Below are positions 41,115 to 50,754 of a stretch of DNA of 64,000 nucleotides, one piece after another; the first letter of the stretch is position 1; every line of letters starts with the position of its first letter. The DNA comes from a bacterium. Its GTDB lineage: Bacteria > UBA8248. The DNA lies in NCBI GenBank assembly GCA_965219955.1, contig OZ244799.1:1728001-1792000 (forward strand), read 5' to 3'. Position numbers and translations under genes: made by a program. Below the pieces are notes generated by a model, which made no database searches, was not told the DNA's origin, and saw nothing but the letters and a program-made list of their open reading frames with translations.

Positions 41115-41645
41115 ATGGCTCCGATATCCATCATGACGGCGACCGAGCTCGAACGCTCGCTCAGGAGAATCGCCTCCGAGATGACCGAGGCGTGCGCCGC
41201 GCCGGACATCGCGCTCATCGGCGTGCTCACGCGCGGCGAACCGCTCGCGCGGCGGCTTGCGGGGCACATCGAGGAGCTCGAGGGCATCTCGCCTCCCCTG
41301 GGCGCGCTCGACATCGGCCTCCACCGCGACGACGGCGGCCATCCCACCGAGGGGCGCGGCTTCGAGCCCACCCTCATCGATTTCGACCTCACGGACCGCC
41401 GCGTGTTCCTCGTCGACGACGTCTTCTTCACGGGCCGGACGGCCCGCGCGGCCATCGACGCCTTGATGGAGCTCGGCCGCCCGCGCAAGATCTGGCTCGC
41501 CGCCCTCATCGACCGCGGCCACAGGGAGCTCCCCTTCCGGCCCGACTTCATCGGCAAGAACGTGCCCACCTCGCTCGCCGAGCACATCCAGGTGCGCGTG
41601 CGCGAGGTGGACGGCGAGGACGGCGTCTGGCTGCTGAAGCGCTGA
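41115..41645 (+). CDS. pyrR: Second PyrR paralog
   Basis: LDIGLHRDD, FLVDDVFFTGRTARAA, DRGHRELPFRPDFIGKNVPT. Confidence 0.92.
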   Translation: MAPISIMTATELERSLRRIASEMTEACAAPDIALIGVLTRGEPLARRLAGHIEELEGISPPLGALDIGLHRDDGGHPTEGRGFEPTLIDFDLTDRRVFLVDDVFFTGRTARAAIDALMELGRPRKIWLAALIDRGHRELPFRPDFIGKNVPTSLAEHIQVRVREVDGEDGVWLLKR

Positions 41646-41939
41646 CCCCTCCGCGGGGAATTTTGGGGAAATGCGCGCAATTGCGGTGATCTGAAAAAAC
41701 TTTTTTATTCGGTACATTTCGATAAATATTTCATGCTCTAATTCAGGTTCGTCTCGTAACTCATTGAATAATTTTTGAATATCATGTTAGTTCGACCCAT
41801 GAACAATTTCAGGAATTTATCCATATTTATCTTATTTTATCGAAATTTACGGGAAATATCATTACTTTCATTTCCGCCTCCGCTCCCGTGTCCATTCTCG
41901 TTACTTCTTTGTCCACCATAATCGAATCGGAGTAAGGCC

Positions 41940-43460
41940 GGACTGTTGGAAAAGTTCTGTCCGCCCTTCCAGATTGTTAGCCGTAGGGACAGGCCTCCGT
42001 GCCTGTCCGGGGAAACTACGGGAGTAGACATCCCCCATACGGGCGGGCACGGAGGCCCGCCCCTACGTCTCGAGCCCGATTGATGAGGGTTTTTCAACAG
42101 CCCCGAGGTGAACAGGTTTACGCTTTTGTAGGGGCGGCTCGCGAGCCGCCCGTGTTCTTCTGAAGACGGATGGGGCGTTCCGGCGAAATATGCAGCAACC
42201 GCCGCCTTTCCCCTCGCCTTCTCGCCTGATTCCACCAGAAAGCCTCCTCTCCCCGGGGCGGTCGATCCCGGTCGATCGAGCAGCGATCGCCGTTTCCCCG
42301 CTTCGCGCGCACGATATCCGATCCGTCGTTTCAGGGGGTACGCCAAATGCGGGGAAATGCGCGGCGAACGCGGCGGATGCGGGGGGCGGGACAAATATAT
42401 TCCCGGATCGCCAGGGCGTAACCGCAGCGGACAGGCCCCTGTGCCTGTCCGAGGCCCCCGCGCCTGTCCGGGGACCGAGAAAAACCAACCCCCCCTGCCC
42501 CCCCTTGAAAGGGGAATAAAAAAGAAAAAAAACCCATGATAAGGGAGTGTTGAAAAGCATTGATTTCATAATTCCCCATATTTTCCCATACGAAGCCGAC
42601 CGGGAAAGGGGTGCCGTAGGGACAGGCCCCCGCGCCTGTCCGAGGCCTCCGTGCCTGTCCGGGGTCGCGGCCTGTCCGCCACGCAACGGGATTCTATTCC
42701 CGCATCTGCAGGGACAGGCCCCTGCGCCTGTCCGGGGAGCGAGAAAAACCACCCCCCTACCCCCCCTTGACAGGGGAATAAAAAAGAAAAAAACTCCCTG
42801 ATAAGGGGATGTTGAAAAGCATTGATTTCATAATTCCCCATATTTTCCCGTACGAAGCCGACCGGGAAAGGGGTGCTGTAGGGACAGGCCCCCGCGCCTG
42901 TCCGGGGACCGAGAAAAACCAACCCCCCCCTACCCCCCTTGAAAGGGGGGTTGAAAAAACCCCGTAGAGCAATTTTGGTTGAGTGCAAGTTTTTGAATTT
43001 CACTCTCCCCTTGAGGGGGAGTCAGTGAAGCCGAGCGGTTTGTGCGAAGGCTGAACTGGTGGGGGGTAAAATGCGTTTTATCGCCACTCCGGGTTATACC
43101 CCCCACCGGCGCGACTTCGGGCTTCGCCCTCGCCTTGCCGACTCCCCCTCAAGGGGTTGTTGAAAAACCCTGTTTCGGGGTCGGCGGCATGGAGGTTCAC
43201 GCGGCGCAGGCGCGATGGTTTTGTAGGGACAGGCCTCCGTGCCTGTCCTCACGAAGGACAACCACGAAAGGCAGGACAGGCACGGAGGCCACGGACAGGC
43301 GCAGGAGCCTGTCCGCTACGGGCGAATGCGGTTTTGATAGTCATTCCGGCAATCAATACCGACCGGGGAGGGGTTTTTCAACAGCCCCGTCAAGGGGGGG
43401 TAGGGGGGGCAGGACAGCCCCGAGGGAGGGGCTGTCCTTTATCCCCTGCCAAGGGGGGTT
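41940..43460. repeat. 1.5-kb non-coding mosaic of REP/MITE-like repeats with an internal tandem duplication
   Basis: ~42430-42640 is repeated at ~42712-42900; multiple GGACAGGC...GCCTGTCC hairpins; no credible CDS. Confidence 0.85.
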
Positions 43461-43881
43461 CGTGCGGAAACACGCAAAAGAGGCGGCCCCCTTCACGGGA
43501 CCGCCTCCTTGAATCCATCCTGCCCGGAGTTGCCAAACCCCGGGAAACCAGCTATAGAAGCAGCTGGGGGTCGGTTCCGCCCGAAGAGGAAGGAATCGAC
43601 GCGACCAATGCGGGAGCGTTTGATTTATTCCCTCCTACAACCAACATAATATAAGGCTAGCTGGGGGTTACTCATTATTCCCGTCCCAAACCGAGAGGAC
43701 TCAAACTCTGTAGCATGGGCCGGTACAATTTGCTCCCGACGATGTAGAGCAACCAATGAGTAACCCCCAAAGGTCACGCGTCCCTTCCCGGCAACCTGCC
43801 CTTTCCTGTTTCTGACTTGCTTATCAGGCCCGCCCCGGCCCCGGGGGCCAGCCAGCCCCGAGGCCAAAAGCGTCTTGTCCG

Positions 43882-45546
43882 TTACCTGTGCGCTCCGAAC
43901 GCCCCGATGAAGGCGGCGTCTCCTCCAGTCCCGGTCAGCTTGTTAACGTAAAACGTCCCGGCAACAGAGCCCGGGAGTCCAGGCGTATATGAAATTGCTT
44001 GTGTGTCTGCAGCACCATCAACAACCACCCTTGGAGCTTCAACCCTTTTGTCTCTTCTCATTCCAAAAAACTGGCCCTTCCAAGCGCCATTGTAGGCATT
44101 TCCTTCAACCACGCCCGCAGCGGTGCCGCCCGTAAACGCAGCTGTCAGATCATCGGTTAGAGCCTGTTCCTGCAATTCAATGCTCCCGTCAATGCGTATT
44201 CCGCCAGCTGTTATGTTCGTGACGTTACCCCCGATTTTACCCGAGCCCGTTCCACCTGCATCCTGGAACTCGGCCGTGAGCGAAACGTCCGCCTTCAAAA
44301 AACTGGCCTTCCCGTCCGCTAGGTACGCGCCGTTCGCATTCCCTCGATACGTGTAGCTCTTGTCCGTATCATCGGCGAGCACCGTGCTGATCAAATTTAA
44401 CCCTGAAGTCGCCGAACAACTCCTGTCGAGCGAAGTGGAGTCGGTCACATCTGTGGCGCTGCAGAAGTTATGCGTAGCCACAATCGGCTGATTCCCATAC
44501 GCAAAGGCTTGAATCGAAGGGGTGGCGCCTGAGTCATCAAGCCAGATTCCGGCCAGCAAGTAATCGGGGTCGTCTTGATATACGTATCTCTCATCGGCGG
44601 GGGTATCGGGAGTATTGTCTACGAGTTGCCCGGCCGCAATGCCGGCTCTCACCCGGCTGGATACCGCAATATCCGTATAGGCATTGGCGAAGCGGCCATT
44701 ACCGTCTTTCAGGTCGAAACCCTGATGGAGACGTCCGGGGTTAGTGATTCTGCCCGTTTTACTGTGCGACGGAACTGCCGTTCCTTCGACCGTTATCGTA
44801 ACCGCCAGGACTCCTCTGTCTGTATTTGCGGGTATCGGATAAACCGTTCCATCCCCACTCGTATGGTACGGATAAGTGGCCTGGTTGGCGCCTGACGCCG
44901 TCCCGATGTTTCCATTGGGAATGGAAGCATCGGTCAATGGCAGGAGAGCATCGTATACTTTCCTGTTGTCCCTCACATGCTTGATGAGCGAGGACCCGCC
45001 CGTCTGGGCGGCCTCGTCCGCCTCCCGTTGTCTACGAGCTTCCGCAACCGCATTAACGGCGTTCAGGATGGACGTCACAGCCGATTGCGCGGTTATCAGG
45101 TCACCACGCGCCGTCCTCGCGTCATTCAGAGCCCGCTCCGCCTGCGCAGGCGTGGTGGCCACGTTCGCCACGCCGCTCGCGGTTAAGATACCCGCCAGGG
45201 CGTCTTCCGCGGCTGCGACATTCGCGTTCGCGTTTGCTACCTGTGTAGCCGTTGCGTCGTCGTGGGCCCGCACCGCCGCCGCCGCTGAGCGCGCCGCCTG
45301 CACCCGCGTCCGGGCGTCTGTGACGATGTCGTCGAGATCATCCTGCGCTTCGGCGATCAATTCCGCATCCGTCGGTGGCGGATCCGTGCAGTTCGGGTAT
45401 GTCCCGACCTGACCCTGCGGGCATTCCATCACAGGCGTCTCTTCTTCCATGGCGCTGCCACCGCCACCGCCGCCGCAACCGGAGGCAAATGCCGCAATGC
45501 TTACAGCAAATACCACCAAACCCAAATACCTGAGCATTCTCATCAT
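43882..45546 (-). CDS. Surface lipoprotein with TbpB/fHbp-like C-terminal beta-barrel
   Basis: Lipobox ASGC then poly-Gly, Ala-rich helical stalk, YLLAGIWL, YRGNANGAY, WKGQFFG, terminal FIGAFGA. Confidence 0.8.
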   Translation of the reverse strand: MMRMLRYLGLVVFAVSIAAFASGCGGGGGGSAMEEETPVMECPQGQVGTYPNCTDPPPTDAELIAEAQDDLDDIVTDARTRVQAARSAAAAVRAHDDATATQVANANANVAAAEDALAGILTASGVANVATTPAQAERALNDARTARGDLITAQSAVTSILNAVNAVAEARRQREADEAAQTGGSSLIKHVRDNRKVYDALLPLTDASIPNGNIGTASGANQATYPYHTSGDGTVYPIPANTDRGVLAVTITVEGTAVPSHSKTGRITNPGRLHQGFDLKDGNGRFANAYTDIAVSSRVRAGIAAGQLVDNTPDTPADERYVYQDDPDYLLAGIWLDDSGATPSIQAFAYGNQPIVATHNFCSATDVTDSTSLDRSCSATSGLNLISTVLADDTDKSYTYRGNANGAYLADGKASFLKADVSLTAEFQDAGGTGSGKIGGNVTNITAGGIRIDGSIELQEQALTDDLTAAFTGGTAAGVVEGNAYNGAWKGQFFGMRRDKRVEAPRVVVDGAADTQAISYTPGLPGSVAGTFYVNKLTGTGGDAAFIGAFGAHR

Positions 45547-45726
45547 TTGCCCCCTAAGGCTGTCCCCCCTCCTGAAACGGAAGGGGGCGGGCGGTTAAAA
45601 CTTGGTTTCCATGTACCGCTTGCTCGCGCCGGTGCGCCGATGCGTCCTGCTCATTTCATCCCCCGGCCCCGGGCGTCATGCCGACGCCCGGGGTCAAGAG
45701 GTGTGCTGTCTTCCCTGTTACTTCTG

Positions 45727-47430
45727 TTACTCGGCCTTCCACGAACCGAACGCGCCAATCAGGCTCATCTTGCCATCCTGGGTGGACGCGCCGAAGGTGC
45801 CGGCTGCGGTCGTCGGGAACGTGGCTGCTACTACGCTCGCGGACGCGCCTGTCCGGGCGGCTGGACCGTATACCTGGCCTCCATACGTGCCACGGAAACC
45901 GTTTCCGCCGAGAACGCCGTCCGTCATGCCTGAGAACGTTCCTTCAGCAGCGATGTCGCCTCTCATCAGCCCCAGGGTGCCGTCAACAGCCTGGCCGGCG
46001 GCCCTGATGTTCGAAATGCTCCCCGAAATCTTCCCACCTACATTCGTTGCTCCGCCGAAGTCGGCCTCGAGCGTGGCGTCTGCGTCGAAGTACTGAACCA
46101 TTCCGCCCGCGGAGTACAGGCCGTTCGCGACGCCGTTATACGTGGCCGTACCCGAGAGTGCTGGTACAACAGCGAATACCTGGCTGCCGTAAGCGAATGC
46201 ACCTGCCTGGGCGTCTAAATTAGTGGGAGCGGGATCCGGGATGGAGTCTCTGATGGAAGCTTGTACCCACATGCCCCAGGCCAGGTAGTCTCCGTCCACA
46301 TCATCTTCTGTCGTCTTCGCATGCGAGATCTTGTAGCCTGAAACCGTTGTAACCTTGCCGTCTTCATCCACGCTGATGGCGCAACCGGCAGTGACGGCTG
46401 AAGGGCAGTAAATCTCGCCTGACCGGGGCGCGTTGTTATCAGTGGGAACTGCGTTGTAGGAAGCTACGAAGTCGCTCCCGTCATTCGGAACATCCCCTGT
46501 GATAACACTGTTGACGGAAATGTCAGCGTCACCCGCATCCTGTGTGTAAGTATCCTTTTTCGTCGTTGCTTGAATGTCCGTGCTGACGACGAGCTGAGCT
46601 TTTACTTCGTTAGCGGTTACTACGCGCAGCAGATCCTGACCTTCCCAGTTTCCCTTGGTATGGAAGCGTGAAGGTGTTTCACCCTGCAGTAAAGGGTTTC
46701 CAGAGCCATGTTCGAGCGTAAATGTGGAACCGCCCGCCTTGTGCACGACTACTGCCGTGCCTGATGTTCCATTTATCGTAACCTGAGTGTCTGTGCCGCT
46801 CATACCGCCCTGGTTCGTAAAACCATCAGCAAAAGCAGCAGCATTATCTGCGGCATCCGTTATTGCGGCGCCCACGTTTTTCGCATTGTTAACTTCCTTG
46901 GGCACGTCCGTACCGTCCAGCGTGGCATTATCGATGTCGTCGCCGTTGAGCCTCTTGTTCGACAGCATGATGAGCCCGAGGCCAGTCGTGCCGGCCGCAT
47001 CCTCTGCCTTGCCCTGGGCCGTCTCGGCCGCCATCTGGTGTCCCATGGCGTCCGCGGAAGTCGTTGCCGCCTGCGCAGCCGTGTTGGCTTCAGCAGCCAT
47101 TTTCGCGTATCCGTATGCGTTGCTGGCCGCCACGGGGTCCACCGCGCCGCCCACTGCCGCCATCGCCGCCGTAGCCGCCGCTGCCGCTGCGCTCTGCGCG
47201 CCGCTCAGGGCCATCTCTTCGGCAAGATCCGCAGCGGAGGTGCAAGAACCGTCCGCGTTATACCGGCCGCCGTCACCCTCGCACATTTCCTGCGCGGTGG
47301 GTTCCGGCATGGCGGGCGGTTCCTCTTCCACGGCAGCCGATCCGCCGCCGCCGCCGCAACCCGCCAGCGTCAGCGCGAAGGCGGCCGCCAGCATGAATGA
47401 AAAGATTTTGTTGCTGGTGAGTTTCATCAC
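45727..47430 (-). CDS. Surface lipoprotein with TbpB/fHbp-like C-terminal beta-barrel (paralog)
   Basis: Lipobox LAGC then poly-Gly, YLAWGMW, ATYNGVANGLY, YGGQVYG, terminal LIGAFGS; GGAGG RBS. Confidence 0.82.
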   Translation of the reverse strand: MMKLTSNKIFSFMLAAAFALTLAGCGGGGGSAAVEEEPPAMPEPTAQEMCEGDGGRYNADGSCTSAADLAEEMALSGAQSAAAAAATAAMAAVGGAVDPVAASNAYGYAKMAAEANTAAQAATTSADAMGHQMAAETAQGKAEDAAGTTGLGLIMLSNKRLNGDDIDNATLDGTDVPKEVNNAKNVGAAITDAADNAAAFADGFTNQGGMSGTDTQVTINGTSGTAVVVHKAGGSTFTLEHGSGNPLLQGETPSRFHTKGNWEGQDLLRVVTANEVKAQLVVSTDIQATTKKDTYTQDAGDADISVNSVITGDVPNDGSDFVASYNAVPTDNNAPRSGEIYCPSAVTAGCAISVDEDGKVTTVSGYKISHAKTTEDDVDGDYLAWGMWVQASIRDSIPDPAPTNLDAQAGAFAYGSQVFAVVPALSGTATYNGVANGLYSAGGMVQYFDADATLEADFGGATNVGGKISGSISNIRAAGQAVDGTLGLMRGDIAAEGTFSGMTDGVLGGNGFRGTYGGQVYGPAARTGASASVVAATFPTTAAGTFGASTQDGKMSLIGAFGSWKAE

Positions 47431-47649
47431 TTTGAGTCCTCCTAGTCTCGTGACATTAAAGAGCTTTGCAACAGAAAAAACCTGAAGTGTCTGGATTTGA
47501 CCTCCTTTCTTTGACTTTCCGATATTTCTTGTCCTATCCGTTATCGGGCTTCTATCGTTTATCGGGCTTATGCCGTTTCATCGAGCCTGGGGCCTGAGCG
47601 CGCGGCCGCCGGCCCGGACTCCCGCGTCCGGGCCGGTAGCCGGCTTATC

Positions 47650-48175
47650 CACGAGACTGGTGTGGGATTCTTGGCGCTCATCATGATGGTTAGAGTCCTC
47701 CAGCCCCGTGCTATGAAAACTTCCCAGGTTCCAGCGAATCTTTCAGCCTCCTTTTTTCAGGCGCCTCCGGGGGTTCCGCGTTCCCGGAAGCCCCGGCGCC
47801 ACGGCCACGGCTAGCTAAAGAAAGCGCCGGGCCGATCCTTGGATTCGGTTCACGAGGCTGGAGAGGGATTTGTGGCGCGGTGCTTCCTGGGTTGAGTCCT
47901 CTGGCCTCGTGATATCTGCTGCTCACCCGGCTCCCGCCGGGCTTTTCGTCTTTCTTCGGGACCGGAGCCGCCGCTTGTACGAACGGGAGAATCCGGGCCT
48001 TTACCTGATTCGGTTCACGAGACTGGAGAGGGATTTGTGGCGTGGTTCATCATGAGTTGAGTCCTCTAGCCTCGTGATAGTTCATCTTCCGGCTTCCGCC
48101 GGGCCTTACGCTTCACGAGACTGGAGGGGGGATTCGCGGCGTGGTTCGCCTCGGGTTGAGTCCTCTGGCCTCGTG
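47650..48175 (-). repeat. Array of four 61-62 nt imperfect hairpin repeats upstream of the lipoprotein genes
   Basis: Units 47650-47710, 47851-47911, 48016-48076, 48114-48175: CACGAGRCTGG..GGGATTY..GGCG[12-13 nt variable]GTT(A)GAGTCCTCYRGCCYCGTG. Confidence 0.9.
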
Positions 48176-48499
48176 ATGTTTGCTGCTGAAGCCCGGCGTC
48201 TTTCTGGTTTCTGGGTCGTCGTCTTCCGGGCTTCGCCGAGCCGTCTCGGAGAGCGTTGTTCAGCCGCCGGGTTCCCGCCTCATCCGGCCATCGCGGCGTG
48301 ATCCGCGTTGCGTTGAGCGGGCGGCCCTGTAAGCAACTGCTCTCGTGTATTACTCGGCATTTATGATAGTGCGGTAAATATTCCGCTTTTGTCAACCCTT
48401 TAATTGAACTTGCGCGCAACTCTTGTGCAGGCGTCCATCGCGCGAGTATGACCGAACCCGCGCGGGTTATCAAACGGGAGGGGGGAATGGGCGTTTGAG

Positions 48500-49025
48500 G
48501 GGGGTGTTGAAAAGCCCTGACCTGCCCCCGCAAACCGCCAACGCCTCATTCCTCACCCTGAGTAGCCGCCAAAGGCGGCGTATCGAAGGGCGAGGAGAGT
48601 CGAACGCCTCGCGCCGGGTGAGAGCAAACACTCATTCATCAATCGCGTTTGACCTTCGATACGGCGCTTTCGCGCCTACTCAGGATGAGGAGTGTCGGGG
48701 AACGGCGGAGCCTGTCCCGAGCGAAGTCGAGGGAGCCTGTCCCGAGCGAAGTCGAGGGACCGCTACTCAGGATGAGGCGGTGTGGTTTTGTTCGCAATCC
48801 CGTTGCCGTCATTCCGGCGAAAGCCGGAATCCATTTTCGCCTTTGTCTTTGGCCTTTCGCCCGGCCGTCCTCTCTCCCGGCCGGGGAAGATACGGACGTC
48901 GCCATGTATATCCGCCTCATCCGTTCCGGATTCGGGCGCGGCGCTCCCTACCGCGAGTCAGAATCAAATGCGAAAACGAAAGCAAAAATCATAAAATGGA
49001 TTCCGGCTTTCGCCGGAATGACGGC
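48500..49025. repeat. Intergenic repeat cluster (CCTGAGTAGCCGCC..TATCGAAGG, GTCATTCCGGCGAAAGCCGGAATC pair, ~25-bp tandem)
   Basis: Inverted pair at ~48808 and ~48998; unit at ~48556 recurs at ~60505. Confidence 0.8.
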
Positions 49026-49237
49026 GGTGGTCAATAACGAGTGAGGGGGACTTTTTCCACCCCTCCCCCGTCCCGCTCGACCCCATTTTCACGGATTCGT
49101 CATAAACCCCGCCTACCCCCCTTCCCGCCGTTGTTGTAAGATGTCTCTCCCGGCCTTTAGGACGGCGCGGGACTTGTACCCGCATTTGTATGCCGCCGCA
49201 CCGAAGGCCGGGGCTTCATGGATTGGGAGATACCCAG

Positions 49238-50209
49238 ATGGCCTCCCCGCCGGAGCTTCCCGAACGCCTCCTGGTCGCCGTGGGCGGCAACGCGACCCAC
49301 CCGCCCGAGATACGCGGCACGGCCGCCGAACAGGCCGCCATCGCCGCCGCCACGGGCCGCGCGCTGCTCCCGCTCTTGCAGCTAAAAAACGAACTCATCA
49401 TCACGCACGGGAACGGCCCCGTGGTCGGCAAGATCCTCATGCGCCAGGCCGTCTCGAGCGAGCAGGTGACGCCGATGACGCTCGACATCTGCGTCGCCCA
49501 CAGCCAGGGGGGCATCGCCTACCTCCTCATGCAGGCGTTCGAGAACGCGCTCAGGCGCGCGGGCGACCCGCGCCACGTGGTCTGCCTCCTGACGCAGGTG
49601 GAGGTCGACCCGGCGGACCCGGCCTTCGACGCGCCGACCAAGTTCGTGGGCTACACCTACACCGAAGAAGAGGCGAGGCGGTATGAGCGCGAGATGGGCT
49701 GGACTTTCAAGCGAGACGGCGGCCGGGGCTGGCGCCACGTCGTCGCGTCGCCAAAGCCCAAGCACATCGTGGACATCTCGCTCATCGAGACGATCGCCAA
49801 GAGCGGTGCGGTCGTGATAGCGGGCGGCGGCGGGGGCATCCCCGTCGTGAGGGAGGCCGACGGGGCGCGCCGGGGGCTGGCCGCCGTCATCGACAAGGAT
49901 TTGACGTCGGCGCTCATGGCGAACGTGCTGGAGATCAAGACGATGATGATCCTGACCGCCGTGCCCCGGGTGGCCGTCCACTTCGGGACGCCCGAGCAAA
50001 GAGAGCTGACGCGCGTCTCCCTCGACGAGATCAAGAGATACCACGCCCAGGGCCACTTCCCGCCCGGCAGTATGGGCCCCAAGATAGAGGCGGCGATCCG
50101 CTTCCTCGAGGGCGGCGGCGAGCGGGTGCACATCGCAGCACTCGAGGACGCCGTCCCCGCCCTGAGGGGGGACGCGGGGACGTGTGTGTATAGGGTCAAA
50201 CGCGATTGA
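49238..50209 (+). CDS. arcC: Carbamate kinase
   Basis: VAVGGNA, ITHGNGPVVG, PTKFVG, GGGGGIPV, AVIDKDL, GSMGPKIEAA. Confidence 0.94.
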   Translation: MASPPELPERLLVAVGGNATHPPEIRGTAAEQAAIAAATGRALLPLLQLKNELIITHGNGPVVGKILMRQAVSSEQVTPMTLDICVAHSQGGIAYLLMQAFENALRRAGDPRHVVCLLTQVEVDPADPAFDAPTKFVGYTYTEEEARRYEREMGWTFKRDGGRGWRHVVASPKPKHIVDISLIETIAKSGAVVIAGGGGGIPVVREADGARRGLAAVIDKDLTSALMANVLEIKTMMILTAVPRVAVHFGTPEQRELTRVSLDEIKRYHAQGHFPPGSMGPKIEAAIRFLEGGGERVHIAALEDAVPALRGDAGTCVYRVKRD

Positions 50210-50232
50210 TGAATGAGCGTTTGCGGTACCCC

Positions 50233-50620
50233 GTAGGGACAGGCCTCCGTGCCTGTCCGGGGTCGCGACCTGTCCTCGCGTTTCGGTCATCATTACCCGT
50301 AGGGACAGGCCTCCGTGCCTGTCCTGCCTCCGTGGTTGTCCTAACCTTAAAGGCTGCCGTGGTCTTTGTTCGTCATTGAGGCCACCGATCCCGTAGGGGC
50401 GGTTCGCGAACCGCCCCTACAAAATCAGATCCCCCACCGTCGCCCCTTCGGACAGGCACGGAGGCCTGTCCCTACAATTCCTCGCGCGTCAATCGCGTTT
50501 CACTCGTAGGGGCGGACCTGCGTGTCCGCCCGGTTTTGCGTTACGACGCAATTACGCGGTGGCCCATGGGCGTTCGAAGAGGGCGGACACGCAGTCAGAC
50601 ATATATGTCTGACCCCTACA
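50233..50620. repeat. GTAG-REP cluster
   Basis: Several GTAGGG...hairpin units incl. GTAGGGGCGGTTCGCGAACCGCCCCTAC and GTCAGACATATATGTCTGACCCCTAC. Confidence 0.85.
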
Positions 50621-50754
50621 AAACCATCATCCCCCACCTCTTATATACACGCCCTTTGGACACGCCCGTCTCACAAGTGCTAGTTTTTCCCCCATAAAAA
50701 TTTCCGGTATCCGCGAGCGCGCCCGCGCGCGCCTTTGCGAAAGGGGGACGCAAG

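Noticed and set aside
41837-43654. Multiple 70-230 aa ORFs in the repeat mosaic
   Set aside because: They translate REP palindromes (DRHGGLSL, VGTGLRACP) and recur wherever the repeats do; not credible genes.
43633-43668. dif-like site (TATATTATGTT on minus strand)
   Set aside because: Only part of the XerD arm matches; no XerC arm.
43662-43769. Retron msr-msd or DGR element
   Set aside because: No reverse transcriptase in the window, no TR/VR pair seen, and the enclosed region is short.
47650-48175. Array as CRISPR or TIGR array
   Set aside because: Units are 61-62 nt, degenerate and irregularly spaced, with no cas or tas gene nearby; ATGATGA (box C-like) is present in only two units.
47650-48175. 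Array as tandem glycine, T-box or c-di-GMP riboswitches
   Set aside because: CTGGAGAG is on the wrong strand for the downstream genes and the other diagnostic motifs are missing.
48363-48395. Sigma70 promoter TTGACA...TATCAT on the minus strand upstream of the array
   Set aside because: Spacer is 21 bp, too long to call with confidence.
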